Assembly (NCBI GenBank): GCA_000503835.1
Contig: CP006914.1
Span: forward strand, 1-43,789
Length of the DNA: 43,789 nucleotides
From: a candidate division WWE3 bacterium RAAC2_WWE3_1
GTDB taxonomy: Bacteria > Patescibacteriota > WWE3 > UBA101185 > UBA10185
Direction of reading: 5' to 3'
Made by a program: the position numbers and the translations under genes. Shown here piece by piece: positions 18,441 through 26,555 of this stretch. The notes under the pieces are model-generated. The model did not search any database. It was not told where the DNA came from and worked only from the letters and a program-made list of their open reading frames with translations. Numbering within the stretch: position 1 is the first letter of the stretch; every line of letters begins with the position of its first letter.

Positions 18441-18947
18441 ATGACTGAGATCAGAGAGTCGGTAGACAAGTTATATTCGAAAATATCGGATTTTGTTTCT
18501 TACACTTTCCGCACGGAGAAAGAAGTGAGAGGCAAGGCCTATCATTATCTTCGGAAAATTACTTTTCCTTCCGGCGTGGATGTTTCCAGGGTAGTGGACG
18601 AAATAATAAACAGGCTCAAGGTTTCCAGGGGTATCGATGATGATGACTACGCCCGCAGATATATTGAGGGCCTTTTACTTTCACCAAAAACGAAAAGTTC
18701 CAGGGAAGCGTCAATGTTCCTGTACAAAAAAGGGATTCCTGAGAGCATTTATGGTAAGTATCTCGATCGGCTGGGCGGGGAACTGGAGGAGAAGTCTTTG
18801 AGCGTTCTCGTAGAAAAGAAGGCAAGATCAATAAAAAGCCTGAGGGATCCGGCGGTGCGGAGCAAACTAATCAGATACCTTATAGCTAAAGGATTTAATC
18901 CGGACCGCGTCAGGACGGAGGTTGACAAAATCGCGTCATTAAAATAA
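18441..18947 (+). CDS. recX: RecX-like regulatory protein
   Basis: Lies immediately downstream of recA. Size and helical-repeat character (DDDYARRYIEGLL.., LIRYLIAKGF) fit RecX. Confidence 0.7.
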   Translation: MTEIRESVDKLYSKISDFVSYTFRTEKEVRGKAYHYLRKITFPSGVDVSRVVDEIINRLKVSRGIDDDDYARRYIEGLLLSPKTKSSREASMFLYKKGIPESIYGKYLDRLGGELEEKSLSVLVEKKARSIKSLRDPAVRSKLIRYLIAKGFNPDRVRTEVDKIASLK

Positions 18948-18956
18948 AATCAAGCC

Positions 18957-19053
18957 ATGGAATTTGCCGTCATATTACTTAAAAACACGCTGAAAAGTCA
19001 CTCTTTTCCCCGATCTTAAGTTGTACAGACGTTCCTAATAAAGGCAATTCCAT
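18957..19053 (+). promoter_or_regulatory. Candidate structured RNA element in the recX-rny spacer (three nested helices)
   Basis: ATGGAATT(T)GCC at 18957-18968 pairs with GGCAATTCCAT at 19043-19053. ACTTAA at 18977-18982 pairs with TTAAGT at 19016-19021. GAAAAG at 18992-18997 pairs with CTTTTC at 19003-19008. Confidence 0.3.
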
Positions 19054-19098
19054 CGAATCTAAAACATATGGTTGAACAATTTATGGAGGTAATTAAAT

Positions 19099-20685
19099 AT
19101 GGATCCAGTAACGGTTTTATTAATATTGGTGGCCGGGGTAGCCGGTGTGGTAGCTTCGCGCGTTTTAACTAATTCAGGCAAACCAAAGAAGGAAGCCCAG
19201 GAAGAAAAAACTCCTCTATCCGTGCAGGGCAGGGATCTGGAAAATGAGGCAGTTGTTGTAGAGGCGAGATCACAAGCCAAGGAGATAGTGATAGAAGCCA
19301 AAGATGAGGCGTTAAAAATAAGATCACAGGCTGAGGATGACGCCAGAAAGACCAAAGAAAATTCTCTCGACGAAGCAAGAAGAATAAGAGAAGGCTCAAT
19401 AGAAATAGAAAAATCTCTGGCAATAAAGAAGGCCGAAGTTGAGACCAAAGAAAAAGATATCGAACAGAAGGTTAGGACTCTAAAAGAAGTAAAAGAGAAA
19501 ATAGAGAAAAAGCAGGAAGAGATTGAAGAACTCCACAAAAAAGCTCAGGAAGAATTACAGCGCGTTTCTTCTATGAGCAAGGACGAGGCCAAGAACCTTC
19601 TCCTCCAATCACTGGACAAAGAACTTGCTCAGGAGAAAGGAAAAAGGATTAGAGAAACCGAAGAGGAAATTAAACACAATTCCGATAAAATTTCACAGGA
19701 GATGTTGGTTAGTGCGATGCGTTTCGGTGCGACCGACACTGTTGTCGAACACACTACCTCAAAAGTTAAACTGCCGGACGAAGACGTAAAGGGACGAATA
19801 ATCGGTAAAGAGGGAAGAAACATCAGAACATTCGAGGAACTGACGGGCGTGGATCTTGATCTGGACTCGTCTCCGGGAGAGATACTAATTTCCTGCTTCG
19901 ATCCGGTAAGACGCGAGATAGCAAAAATTGCACTGGAAAAACTTTTGGCCGACGGTAGAATACAGCCGGCAAAAATAGAAGAGATAGTTCAGAAAACACA
20001 ACAGGATACAGAACATCTTATGTACAAAGCCGGAGACGATCTCTGTCATAAGATCGGGGCTTACAATATTCCCAAAGAACTAATTCAGATTCTCGGAAGG
20101 TTTAAATATAGATTTTCTTACGGACAAAATATGATTGAGCACACCATGGAAGAAAGCAAGATTGGTATTGCTTTAGCACACGAGCTCGGAATCAAAGTGG
20201 ACGTAGTCCGTCTCGGATGCTTGTTTCACGATATAGGAAAAGTTGTTACTGAAGACGAGGGAACCCACATTCAGCTCGGCGTCGATCTTCTAAGAAAATA
20301 TAAGATACCGGAAGAAGTAATAAACTGTGTCGCCGAACACCACGAAGACAAACCTTTCAGCTCCATTGAATCCGCAGTTGTTAATCTCGCAGACCACGTT
20401 AGCGGCGCAAGACCGGGAGCACGAAGTGAAGACTATCAATCTTATGCAACGAGACTAAAAGAACTTGAGAATGCTTCGATGTCTTTTGACGGAGTTGAAA
20501 AAGCTTACGCAATTTCAGCAGGACGCGAGGTAAGAGTATTTGTGTCTCCGGAAAAAGTTGACGATTACTCTACAGCTTTTCTTGCAAGAGAGATCGCAAA
20601 GAAAATAGAACTCGAGCAATCTTATCCCGGAGTAGTAAAAGTAACCGTGATAAGAGAGACAAGAGTTTCGGAAACTGCAAAATAA
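19099..20685 (+). CDS. rny: Ribonuclease Y
   Basis: N-terminal TM, long K/E-rich coiled coil, KH domain (GRIIGKEGRNIRTFE) and HD domain (LFHDIGK..AEHHED). GGAGG SD upstream. Confidence 0.95.
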   Translation: MDPVTVLLILVAGVAGVVASRVLTNSGKPKKEAQEEKTPLSVQGRDLENEAVVVEARSQAKEIVIEAKDEALKIRSQAEDDARKTKENSLDEARRIREGSIEIEKSLAIKKAEVETKEKDIEQKVRTLKEVKEKIEKKQEEIEELHKKAQEELQRVSSMSKDEAKNLLLQSLDKELAQEKGKRIRETEEEIKHNSDKISQEMLVSAMRFGATDTVVEHTTSKVKLPDEDVKGRIIGKEGRNIRTFEELTGVDLDLDSSPGEILISCFDPVRREIAKIALEKLLADGRIQPAKIEEIVQKTQQDTEHLMYKAGDDLCHKIGAYNIPKELIQILGRFKYRFSYGQNMIEHTMEESKIGIALAHELGIKVDVVRLGCLFHDIGKVVTEDEGTHIQLGVDLLRKYKIPEEVINCVAEHHEDKPFSSIESAVVNLADHVSGARPGARSEDYQSYATRLKELENASMSFDGVEKAYAISAGREVRVFVSPEKVDDYSTAFLAREIAKKIELEQSYPGVVKVTVIRETRVSETAK

Positions 20686-20744
20686 ATTTATATTTTTGCG
20701 GCCTTTTTGGTTAATTTGATGCGAGCTTTACCTTTTATTGACAA

Positions 20745-20966
20745 ATGTACTATGTAGTTCTGACATTACTAATATTGGTCGTTTTTGTTGTAGCTGCAAG
20801 GATTTTGAGCTCTGTTGTCAAGGGGTGTTTCTTAGCCGTAGGCCTATTTCTTATTGTCATTACAATATTTTTGTTGTATAAATCAACGGTAGAGCCTATT
20901 GAGGTGTTTGGTATTTACAGAATTGATAACTTTCGTATTACCAAACTCGAAAAAAACTTTTTATGA
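20745..20966 (+). CDS. Small hypothetical membrane protein (73 aa, two hydrophobic segments)
   Basis: The ORF fills the rny-ymdB gap, and its stop overlaps the ymdB ATG (ATGA). No homology recognised. Confidence 0.4.
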   Translation: MYYVVLTLLILVVFVVAARILSSVVKGCFLAVGLFLIVITIFLLYKSTVEPIEVFGIYRIDNFRITKLEKNFL

Positions 20967-21742
20967 AAATTCTTTGTGTAGGCGAAATAGTTGCCGGCCC
21001 GGGTCGAAAAGCGGTGCAAGCCGCGTTACCCGAAATTATCAAAAAACACCATGTAGATTTTGTATTCTCTAATTGCGAAAATCTTGTTTCAGGAAGAGGT
21101 TTTACCGAGGAAAAAATTCAGGATATGCAAAAAGCCGGTGTAGATTTCTTTACCGGCGGTGACCACATCTTCTGGCAAAAAGAATCGGAAGACGTTATCG
21201 ACACATTGCCTATTATAAGACCAGCAAATTATCCTGCAGGGACACCGGGCGTCGGCCATAAACTTATAGACCTCGGCGGCAAGGGCGAAATACTTATTAT
21301 AAATCTCATGGGAAGAACATCCTTTTCAACATTGCACGCTTATTTAGAAGATCCTTTTGAGACCGCCGACAAAATCCTGGAATTATATAAGGACAAAGAA
21401 TTGGCGGCAATTATCGTAGATTTCCACGCCGAAGCTACAAGTGAAAAATATGCATTAGCACATTACCTCGACGGAAGAGTAGATGTTTTCGTAGGTTCAC
21501 ACACCCACGTTCCGACCTGTGACAACATGGTACTCCCGAAAGGTTCTCTGTATGTAACCGACGTCGGCATGTCAGGATCGGTCGACTCGGTGCTGGGTGT
21601 TAAAACCGAGATAATTATAAACATGTTTAAGACAGCAAGAAATCAAAGGTTCGATTGGGAAGAACATGGCAGGAAAGCTTTCAGGAGTGTGCTGTTCGAT
21701 ACAGATAAAAAAGAAACAATAAGGTTAGATAAGTTAATTTAG
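20963..21742 (+). CDS. ymdB: YmdB-family metallophosphoesterase (2',3'-cyclic-nucleotide phosphodiesterase-like)
   Basis: MKILCVGEIVAGPGR, NCENLVSGRG, GGDHIF, DFHAEATSEK and GSHTHVPT motifs. The rny-ymdB synteny matches Bacillus. Confidence 0.88.
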   Translation: MKILCVGEIVAGPGRKAVQAALPEIIKKHHVDFVFSNCENLVSGRGFTEEKIQDMQKAGVDFFTGGDHIFWQKESEDVIDTLPIIRPANYPAGTPGVGHKLIDLGGKGEILIINLMGRTSFSTLHAYLEDPFETADKILELYKDKELAAIIVDFHAEATSEKYALAHYLDGRVDVFVGSHTHVPTCDNMVLPKGSLYVTDVGMSGSVDSVLGVKTEIIINMFKTARNQRFDWEEHGRKAFRSVLFDTDKKETIRLDKLI

Positions 21743-21785
21743 TTCGCCGAAAAGGCAGACAACCTGAAAGGGGGTGTCTTATTAA

Positions 21786-22058
21786 ATGACAAAACAGGAA
21801 TTACAAGCTAAAGTTGCCGACAGAGCAGGTATGACCAAAGTTGACGCCGCTAAGGCAGTTGACGCAGTCGCCGAATCTGTAACAGCAGCATTGAAGAAAG
21901 GTGAAAAGGTAACCTGGACAGGCTTCGGAACCTTTGAAGTCAGACCCAGAAAACCCAGAATGGGAAGAAATCCCCAGACTGGAGCTCCTCTTCACATCCC
22001 GGCAAGCAAAACTCCCGCTTTCAAAGCCGGTAAAGGTTTGAAAGACGCGGTAAAGTAA
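21786..22058 (+). CDS. hup: DNA-binding protein HU
   Basis: 90 aa, with [38 protein letters not shown]. Confidence 0.95.
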   Translation: MTKQELQAKVADRAGMTKVDAAKAVDAVAESVTAALKKGEKVTWTGFGTFEVRPRKPRMGRNPQTGAPLHIPASKTPAFKAGKGLKDAVK

Positions 22059-22090
22059 CTCTTTTGAGTAAACTTTAGTTACGCTTCGAG

Positions 22091-22123
22091 ACAGCCTCCG
22101 TAATAGGGGGCTGTTTCTTTTTG
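22091..22123 (+). terminator. Rho-independent terminator after hup
   Basis: ACAGCCTCC (22091-22099) pairs with GGGGGCTGT (22106-22114), with one G-U pair, followed by TTCTTTTTG. Confidence 0.75.
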
Positions 22124-22134
22124 TTCCGTCTCAT

Positions 22135-22163
22135 TTGACACTATAGGGTATTAACTGTACAAT
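22135..22163 (+). promoter_or_regulatory. Promoter TTGACA-17 nt-TACAAT
   Basis: TTGACA at 22135-22140 and TACAAT at 22158-22163. A ~55-nt leader with an AAGGAG SD precedes ATG 22223. Confidence 0.6.
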
Positions 22164-22222
22164 GTACGCAATTCAAAATTCGAATAAGACCCAATCGTTT
22201 ACGTGGAAAAGGAGAAAATGAA

Positions 22223-22540
22223 ATGGATCTTGCGCTTATGTTTTTCTGGGGAACCGTTGGAGGAATCACCGTATTGGCCGTAGGAAAAATGCTTTCATAC
22301 AAACTGAGTCCCAACAGGTTTGTTACGACCCTGATGGTCGGCATACTCTTTACGGTTACGGCTTTAGTATCGTTGGCTCTGGCAATATTTGGGGGTTACT
22401 CTGTAGAGAAACCATTGGTTTACGCACTGGCGTTCTTGTGGATCGTTTGGATTATCGAGACTTTCTCTACCTCACCGGTTGTTCTCGTTAAAAGAAAAAA
22501 AATTCGTGCGGAAAGCTTAATGGGTTCCGAACCGGAATAA
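22223..22540 (+). CDS. Hypothetical integral membrane protein (105 aa, 3 hydrophobic segments)
   Basis: Own promoter, SD and terminator. Hydrophobic segments are visible in the translation. No family recognised. Confidence 0.6.
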   Translation: MDLALMFFWGTVGGITVLAVGKMLSYKLSPNRFVTTLMVGILFTVTALVSLALAIFGGYSVEKPLVYALAFLWIVWIIETFSTSPVVLVKRKKIRAESLMGSEPE

Positions 22541-22564
22541 TCCATTTCGTTTACTGTTCCACCT

Positions 22565-22620
22565 AAGGCCCTTTTGTTGAAATTGCAATTTTAATTTCAG
22601 CACAGGGCCTTTTCTTTTTC
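22565..22620 (+). terminator. Rho-independent terminator (compound hairpin)
   Basis: Outer stem AAGGCCC (22565-22571) / GGGCCTT (22605-22611). Inner stem TGAAATT (22578-22584) / AATTTCA (22593-22599). Followed by TTCTTTTTC. Confidence 0.6.
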
Positions 22621-22650
22621 TTAACAATTAGACCCCGTAAGTGCTAAAAT
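22621..22650 (+). promoter_or_regulatory. Promoter TTAACA-18 nt-TGcTAAAAT, -10 ends 8 nt before ATG 22659
   Basis: TTAACA at 22621-22626, TG at 22642-22643, TAAAAT at 22645-22650. The gap ATCCCAGT lacks an SD. Confidence 0.5.
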
Positions 22651-22658
22651 ATCCCAGT

Positions 22659-23591
22659 ATGGCAAACGGAAAAGACTACTACAAAGTATTAGGAATAGAT
22701 AAAAGCGCTTCGGAAGAGGATGTAAAAAAGGCGTACAGAAAACTGGCGAGAGAGCATCATCCGGACGTAGTTTCAGAAAAGGACAAAGAAGCTGCCGAGA
22801 AGAGATTTAAAGAAATAAATGAAGCTTACAGAGTGTTAAGCGATGCCGAAAAACGCAAGATGTACGATACCTACGGCACTGCCGATCCTAACCAGGGATT
22901 CGGGGGCTTTTCAGGGGCCGGACGTGGAGGTCAGTGGGGACCCTTTACTTATACCTATACTTCCAACGGCGGGAACGCCGGAAATGCAGAGTACGGCGAT
23001 TTTGACCCCTTTGACATTTTTGAAAGCATGTTCGGTTTCAGGGGGTTTGGTGGGCAGCGAGCTCCCAGACGCGGCAAAAGTCTTTATTATCAGCTAAACG
23101 TCGAGTTTAAAGAGGCAGTTTTCGGAGTTGAAAAAGAGGTAGCTGTGGAGAGCGGTAGAGTGAAAATAAAGATACCCGCAGGTGCCAGGGATGGACTTGA
23201 GCTCAAATTTACCGGAAAAGGTATGCCTGGCCCTTCAGGAACACCCGCTGGTGACCTGTTTATAACGCTCAAAGTACCTTCTCCGAAGGGTTTTAAGGTG
23301 GTCGGCGACGATCTTTACCTTGTATCTGAGATAGACATTGTTACCGCGGCCTTGGGTGGTGTAGTCGAGGTCCCTGTAGTGGATCTGGACTCTCAGGATG
23401 CCCTAGGTAAGGCCAAACTCAAGATACCCGCCGGCACACAGTATGGCTCCAGATTTCTAGTCAGGGGAAGGGGAATGCCCCGCTTGCACGGGCGCGGGCA
23501 GGGTGATGTGATGGTACAGGTCACAGTGATGGTACCAAAAAAACTGAGTAAAAAGCAGAAAGATTTGCTTGAAGAGCTCGGAACCCTTTGA
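22659..23591 (+). CDS. J-domain co-chaperone, class B (DnaJ/CbpA-like, no zinc-finger domain)
   Basis: [20 protein letters not shown] (HPD motif), a G/F-rich linker and C-terminal substrate-binding domains. No CxxCxGxG repeats. The ORF track start is GTG 22641. Confidence 0.88.
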   Translation: MANGKDYYKVLGIDKSASEEDVKKAYRKLAREHHPDVVSEKDKEAAEKRFKEINEAYRVLSDAEKRKMYDTYGTADPNQGFGGFSGAGRGGQWGPFTYTYTSNGGNAGNAEYGDFDPFDIFESMFGFRGFGGQRAPRRGKSLYYQLNVEFKEAVFGVEKEVAVESGRVKIKIPAGARDGLELKFTGKGMPGPSGTPAGDLFITLKVPSPKGFKVVGDDLYLVSEIDIVTAALGGVVEVPVVDLDSQDALGKAKLKIPAGTQYGSRFLVRGRGMPRLHGRGQGDVMVQVTVMVPKKLSKKQKDLLEELGTL

Positions 23592-23599
23592 GTAACAAG

Positions 23600-23628
23600 T
23601 TGACCCACCGCCCGAGCTGATGTATCAT
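23600..23628 (+). promoter_or_regulatory. Promoter candidate TTGACC-17 nt-TATCAT upstream of nusA
   Basis: TTGACC at 23600-23605 and TATCAT at 23623-23628. Confidence 0.45.
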
Positions 23629-23658
23629 CAAGCGGTATAAGCGTAATAATTGGTTGAT

Positions 23659-23681
23659 AAGTGGGTGTGACCCACTTTTTT
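23659..23681 (+). terminator. Short intrinsic terminator-like hairpin + T6, either the dnaJ-like terminator or a nusA leader attenuator
   Basis: AAGTGGG (23659-23665), loop TGTGA, CCCACTT (23671-23677). T run at 23676-23681. Confidence 0.5.
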
Positions 23682-23699
23682 ATTACTAAGAGGAAAAAT

Positions 23700-24899
23700 A
23701 TGGCTATATCGGAATTTAATGCTGCGTTAAACCAGGTAGCTGCCGAAAGAGGTATTACCGTGGATAGTGTTATTGAGTCGGTTAAAGCGGCTCTGGCCAC
23801 CGCGTACAAAAAAGACAGAAAAGAAGCCGGGGAAGAGGTAGAACTTGAAGAGATTGGAGTAGATTTGAATATAGACAGCGGTGAGGTAAGGATTTTAAAA
23901 GATGAAAAAGATGTTACACCGTCGGGTTTCGGCAGAATAGCGGCTCAGACAGCAAAACAGGTTATATTACAGAAGATCAGAGAAACCGAGAAAGAAGTTA
24001 TAACCAGCGAGTTCAGAGCTAAGATAGGTCAGATTATGCTGGGCACGGTCTTTAGAATAGATAACGGCTTAGTTACACTTGATTTGGGAAAAACACGCGC
24101 TCAGGGTGTAATGCCTTCGGGCGAACAGGTTCCTTTTGAAAATTATAGAATAAATCAAAGATTAAAAGTATTGGTCAAGGATATCAAGGAAAGTCCCCGC
24201 GGTACTGAGGTTGTTGTGAGCAGATCGGATCCCCAGTTCGTCGTAAAACTTTTTGAACAGGAAGTGCCTGAAATTGCTTCCGGCGTTGTTGTGGTTGAGG
24301 CCATAGCAAGAGAAGCAGGTTCAAGGACTAAGATGGCCGTTTCGTCAAAGGACGAAAAAGTTGATCCGGTCGGCAGTTGTGTCGGACAAAAAGGCGTAAG
24401 AGTGCAGGCAATAATAACGGAGATTTTCGGTGAAAAAATTGACATCATTCCTTTTTATAACGTTACCGAGAAATTTATTGCGGCAAGTCTTTCTCCCGCG
24501 AAAGTAGCCGAGGTGGTCTTAGACAAGGAAAACAAACGCGCGGTCGTGACCGTTCCTGAGGAACAGCAAAGTCTTGCAATCGGAAAAGAAGGTCAGAACG
24601 CCCGTCTTGCAAACAAACTGACAAAGTGGAAGATTGATATTAAAGGGGCCGCCGGAATATTCTCTACCGATTCGGGGGAAGCAATAAAGATCGGTGCCAC
24701 GGCAGATAAAAAGGTTGTCGGTGTGTGGGACGAGGCAATAAAAAAGACTGAAGACGAAAAAATAGAGAAAGACAGGGTGCGCAAAGAGGAAGAGGTTGCA
24801 GCAGAAGCCGCCAATATCCCGGAGGAAAGCGGTGATGTTTCTGGAACCGAAGAACCTAAGGATGTACAATCTGAAGAGAATACTTCCGTCGAAAAATAA
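23700..24899 (+). CDS. nusA: Transcription termination/antitermination factor NusA
   Basis: N-terminal domain, S1 (GTVFRIDNGLVTLDLG) and KH1/KH2 (GSRTKMAVSS..DPVGSCVGQKGVRVQ; AIGKEGQNARLA). Acidic C-terminal tail. AGAGGA SD before ATG 23700. Confidence 0.93.
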   Translation: MAISEFNAALNQVAAERGITVDSVIESVKAALATAYKKDRKEAGEEVELEEIGVDLNIDSGEVRILKDEKDVTPSGFGRIAAQTAKQVILQKIRETEKEVITSEFRAKIGQIMLGTVFRIDNGLVTLDLGKTRAQGVMPSGEQVPFENYRINQRLKVLVKDIKESPRGTEVVVSRSDPQFVVKLFEQEVPEIASGVVVVEAIAREAGSRTKMAVSSKDEKVDPVGSCVGQKGVRVQAIITEIFGEKIDIIPFYNVTEKFIAASLSPAKVAEVVLDKENKRAVVTVPEEQQSLAIGKEGQNARLANKLTKWKIDIKGAAGIFSTDSGEAIKIGATADKKVVGVWDEAIKKTEDEKIEKDRVRKEEEVAAEAANIPEESGDVSGTEEPKDVQSEENTSVEK

Positions 24900-24942
24900 T
24901 GCTGTCCTTTGTCAAAAGCAAAATTAATATGAAGGAACTGTT

Positions 24943-26439
24943 ATGCCTGGCGAAAAAATTAAAACTACAACTGAAAAGAATCTACGGGCGCCCATCGTTA
25001 CCGTTATGGGACACGTTGACCATGGTAAAACCAGCATTCTTGATGTCATACGTCACAGCAACGTACAGTCCAGGGAATACGGCGGAATAACTCAGCACAT
25101 CGGTGCTTACCAAATCCAACACAAAAACAAAAAAATAACTTTTATCGATACTCCCGGTCATGCAGCCTTTACCCAGATGAGAGCAAGAGGGGGCAAGGCG
25201 GCAGATATAGTTGTACTTGTCGTTGCCGCAGATGAAGGTGTCAAACCTCAAACCAAAGAAGCAATATCTCACGCACTTGCGGCCAAAGTCCCGATAATAG
25301 TGGCAATAAATAAGATGGATAAGGCAGGAGCCAATTCACAGAAGGTTAAGCAAGAATTAGCTTCGGAGAACATTCTTGTTGAGGATTGGGGAGGAGAATC
25401 TCTTAGTGTGGAAGTATCAGCCAAGTCCGGTGAAAACATAGATAAGCTCTTGGACGCAATACTTTTGGTAAATGAAATGCATGAGCTGAAAGCAGATCCG
25501 GCAGGAGAGTTGGAGGCGATAATAATAGAATCACGTCTGGATAGAAAAAAAGGTGTGGTGGTGTCATGCATTGTTCGGAACGGCACTTTACGCTTCGGGG
25601 ACAAGATTGTTTCCGGGGGGTTTAAATGTAAGGTGAAATCTATGACGGACGATAAGGGAAACACCGTACAAACCGCAGAGCCTTCGGCACCGGTTGAAAT
25701 CCTGGGTTTTAAAGATGTCCCGCGTGTAGGAGACCTGATTGTTTACGAAGGAAGTGACCTCGAGGAACTTGCCGTGCAGGAAGATCGGGCGGAAATTATC
25801 GGTAAAGACGCAAAAAAGACCATTGCCGTAGTTTTAAAAGCGGATACGCAGGGAACTCTGGAGGCAGTAAAGAGCAGTTTAGCTGACCTCATATCTTCAT
25901 CGGTCGGGGCAACATATGCGTTGAAATTTTTATACAGCGGCACGGGGGACATAACCGAGTCCGATGTCATACTCGCGCAAAGCGCAAAAGGCGGAATTGT
26001 ATTGGGATTCAACATAAGACTTCCCTCTTCAGCTGCAAGTGTTGCAGAGAGCAATAAAGTTCTGGTCAAGACATATTTAACTATCTACGACCTAATAGAT
26101 GACGCCAAAAACATACTTGAAGGTACGGCCGTCGATGCGGAATCCAAAATAAAAGGCAGAGGACAGGTTATCAAACTATTTAAACTTCCGTCGGGAGATG
26201 TTATCGTCGGTACTAAAGTTTTAGCCGGTGCATTGAAAACGGGTGTACGGGTTTCAATTTACGACAAAGATCCTTCTGATGTTACCTCCGACGACATCCC
26301 GCTTTACACCGGTACTATAAAATCTCTTCACAAAGGTCAGGAAGAAGTAAAGATAATAGGTAAGGATGTAGAGTGCGGGGTCATGTTAAAACCTCACTTC
26401 GAGGATGTTGCGATAGGAATGTGGCTCGAAGTCCGCTGA
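24943..26439 (+). CDS. infB: Translation initiation factor IF-2, minimal form (498 aa, G domain starts at residue ~17)
   Basis: RAPIVTVMGHVDHGKTSILD, DTPGH and NKMD motifs, plus C-terminal domains. Confidence 0.93.
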   Translation: MPGEKIKTTTEKNLRAPIVTVMGHVDHGKTSILDVIRHSNVQSREYGGITQHIGAYQIQHKNKKITFIDTPGHAAFTQMRARGGKAADIVVLVVAADEGVKPQTKEAISHALAAKVPIIVAINKMDKAGANSQKVKQELASENILVEDWGGESLSVEVSAKSGENIDKLLDAILLVNEMHELKADPAGELEAIIIESRLDRKKGVVVSCIVRNGTLRFGDKIVSGGFKCKVKSMTDDKGNTVQTAEPSAPVEILGFKDVPRVGDLIVYEGSDLEELAVQEDRAEIIGKDAKKTIAVVLKADTQGTLEAVKSSLADLISSSVGATYALKFLYSGTGDITESDVILAQSAKGGIVLGFNIRLPSSAASVAESNKVLVKTYLTIYDLIDDAKNILEGTAVDAESKIKGRGQVIKLFKLPSGDVIVGTKVLAGALKTGVRVSIYDKDPSDVTSDDIPLYTGTIKSLHKGQEEVKIIGKDVECGVMLKPHFEDVAIGMWLEVR

Positions 26440-26467
26440 ATGAGCCACTTTTAGCTATAACCCCCTT

Positions 26468-26496
26468 TTGACTATATAGGTTATTTATTGTACAAT
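26468..26496 (+). promoter_or_regulatory. Promoter TTGACT-17 nt-TACAAT
   Basis: TTGACT at 26468-26473 and TACAAT at 26491-26496. Confidence 0.55.
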
Positions 26497-26555
26497 CTCC
26501 TGTCGCGAACAATATATCAAGCATTTTGGGGTATCCCAAAAAGGTGATTATTTAT

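Noticed and set aside
19059-19538. 159-aa minus-strand ORF opposite the 5' part of rny
   Set aside because: It mirrors the K/E-rich coiled coil of RNase Y (GAA/AAG repeats read as S/F/L on the other strand), so it is a compositional artefact.
24899-25090. 63-aa ORF between nusA and infB, a possible ylxR-like gene
   Set aside because: It overlaps the conserved N-terminus and P-loop region of infB in another frame, and it shows none of the YlxR features.
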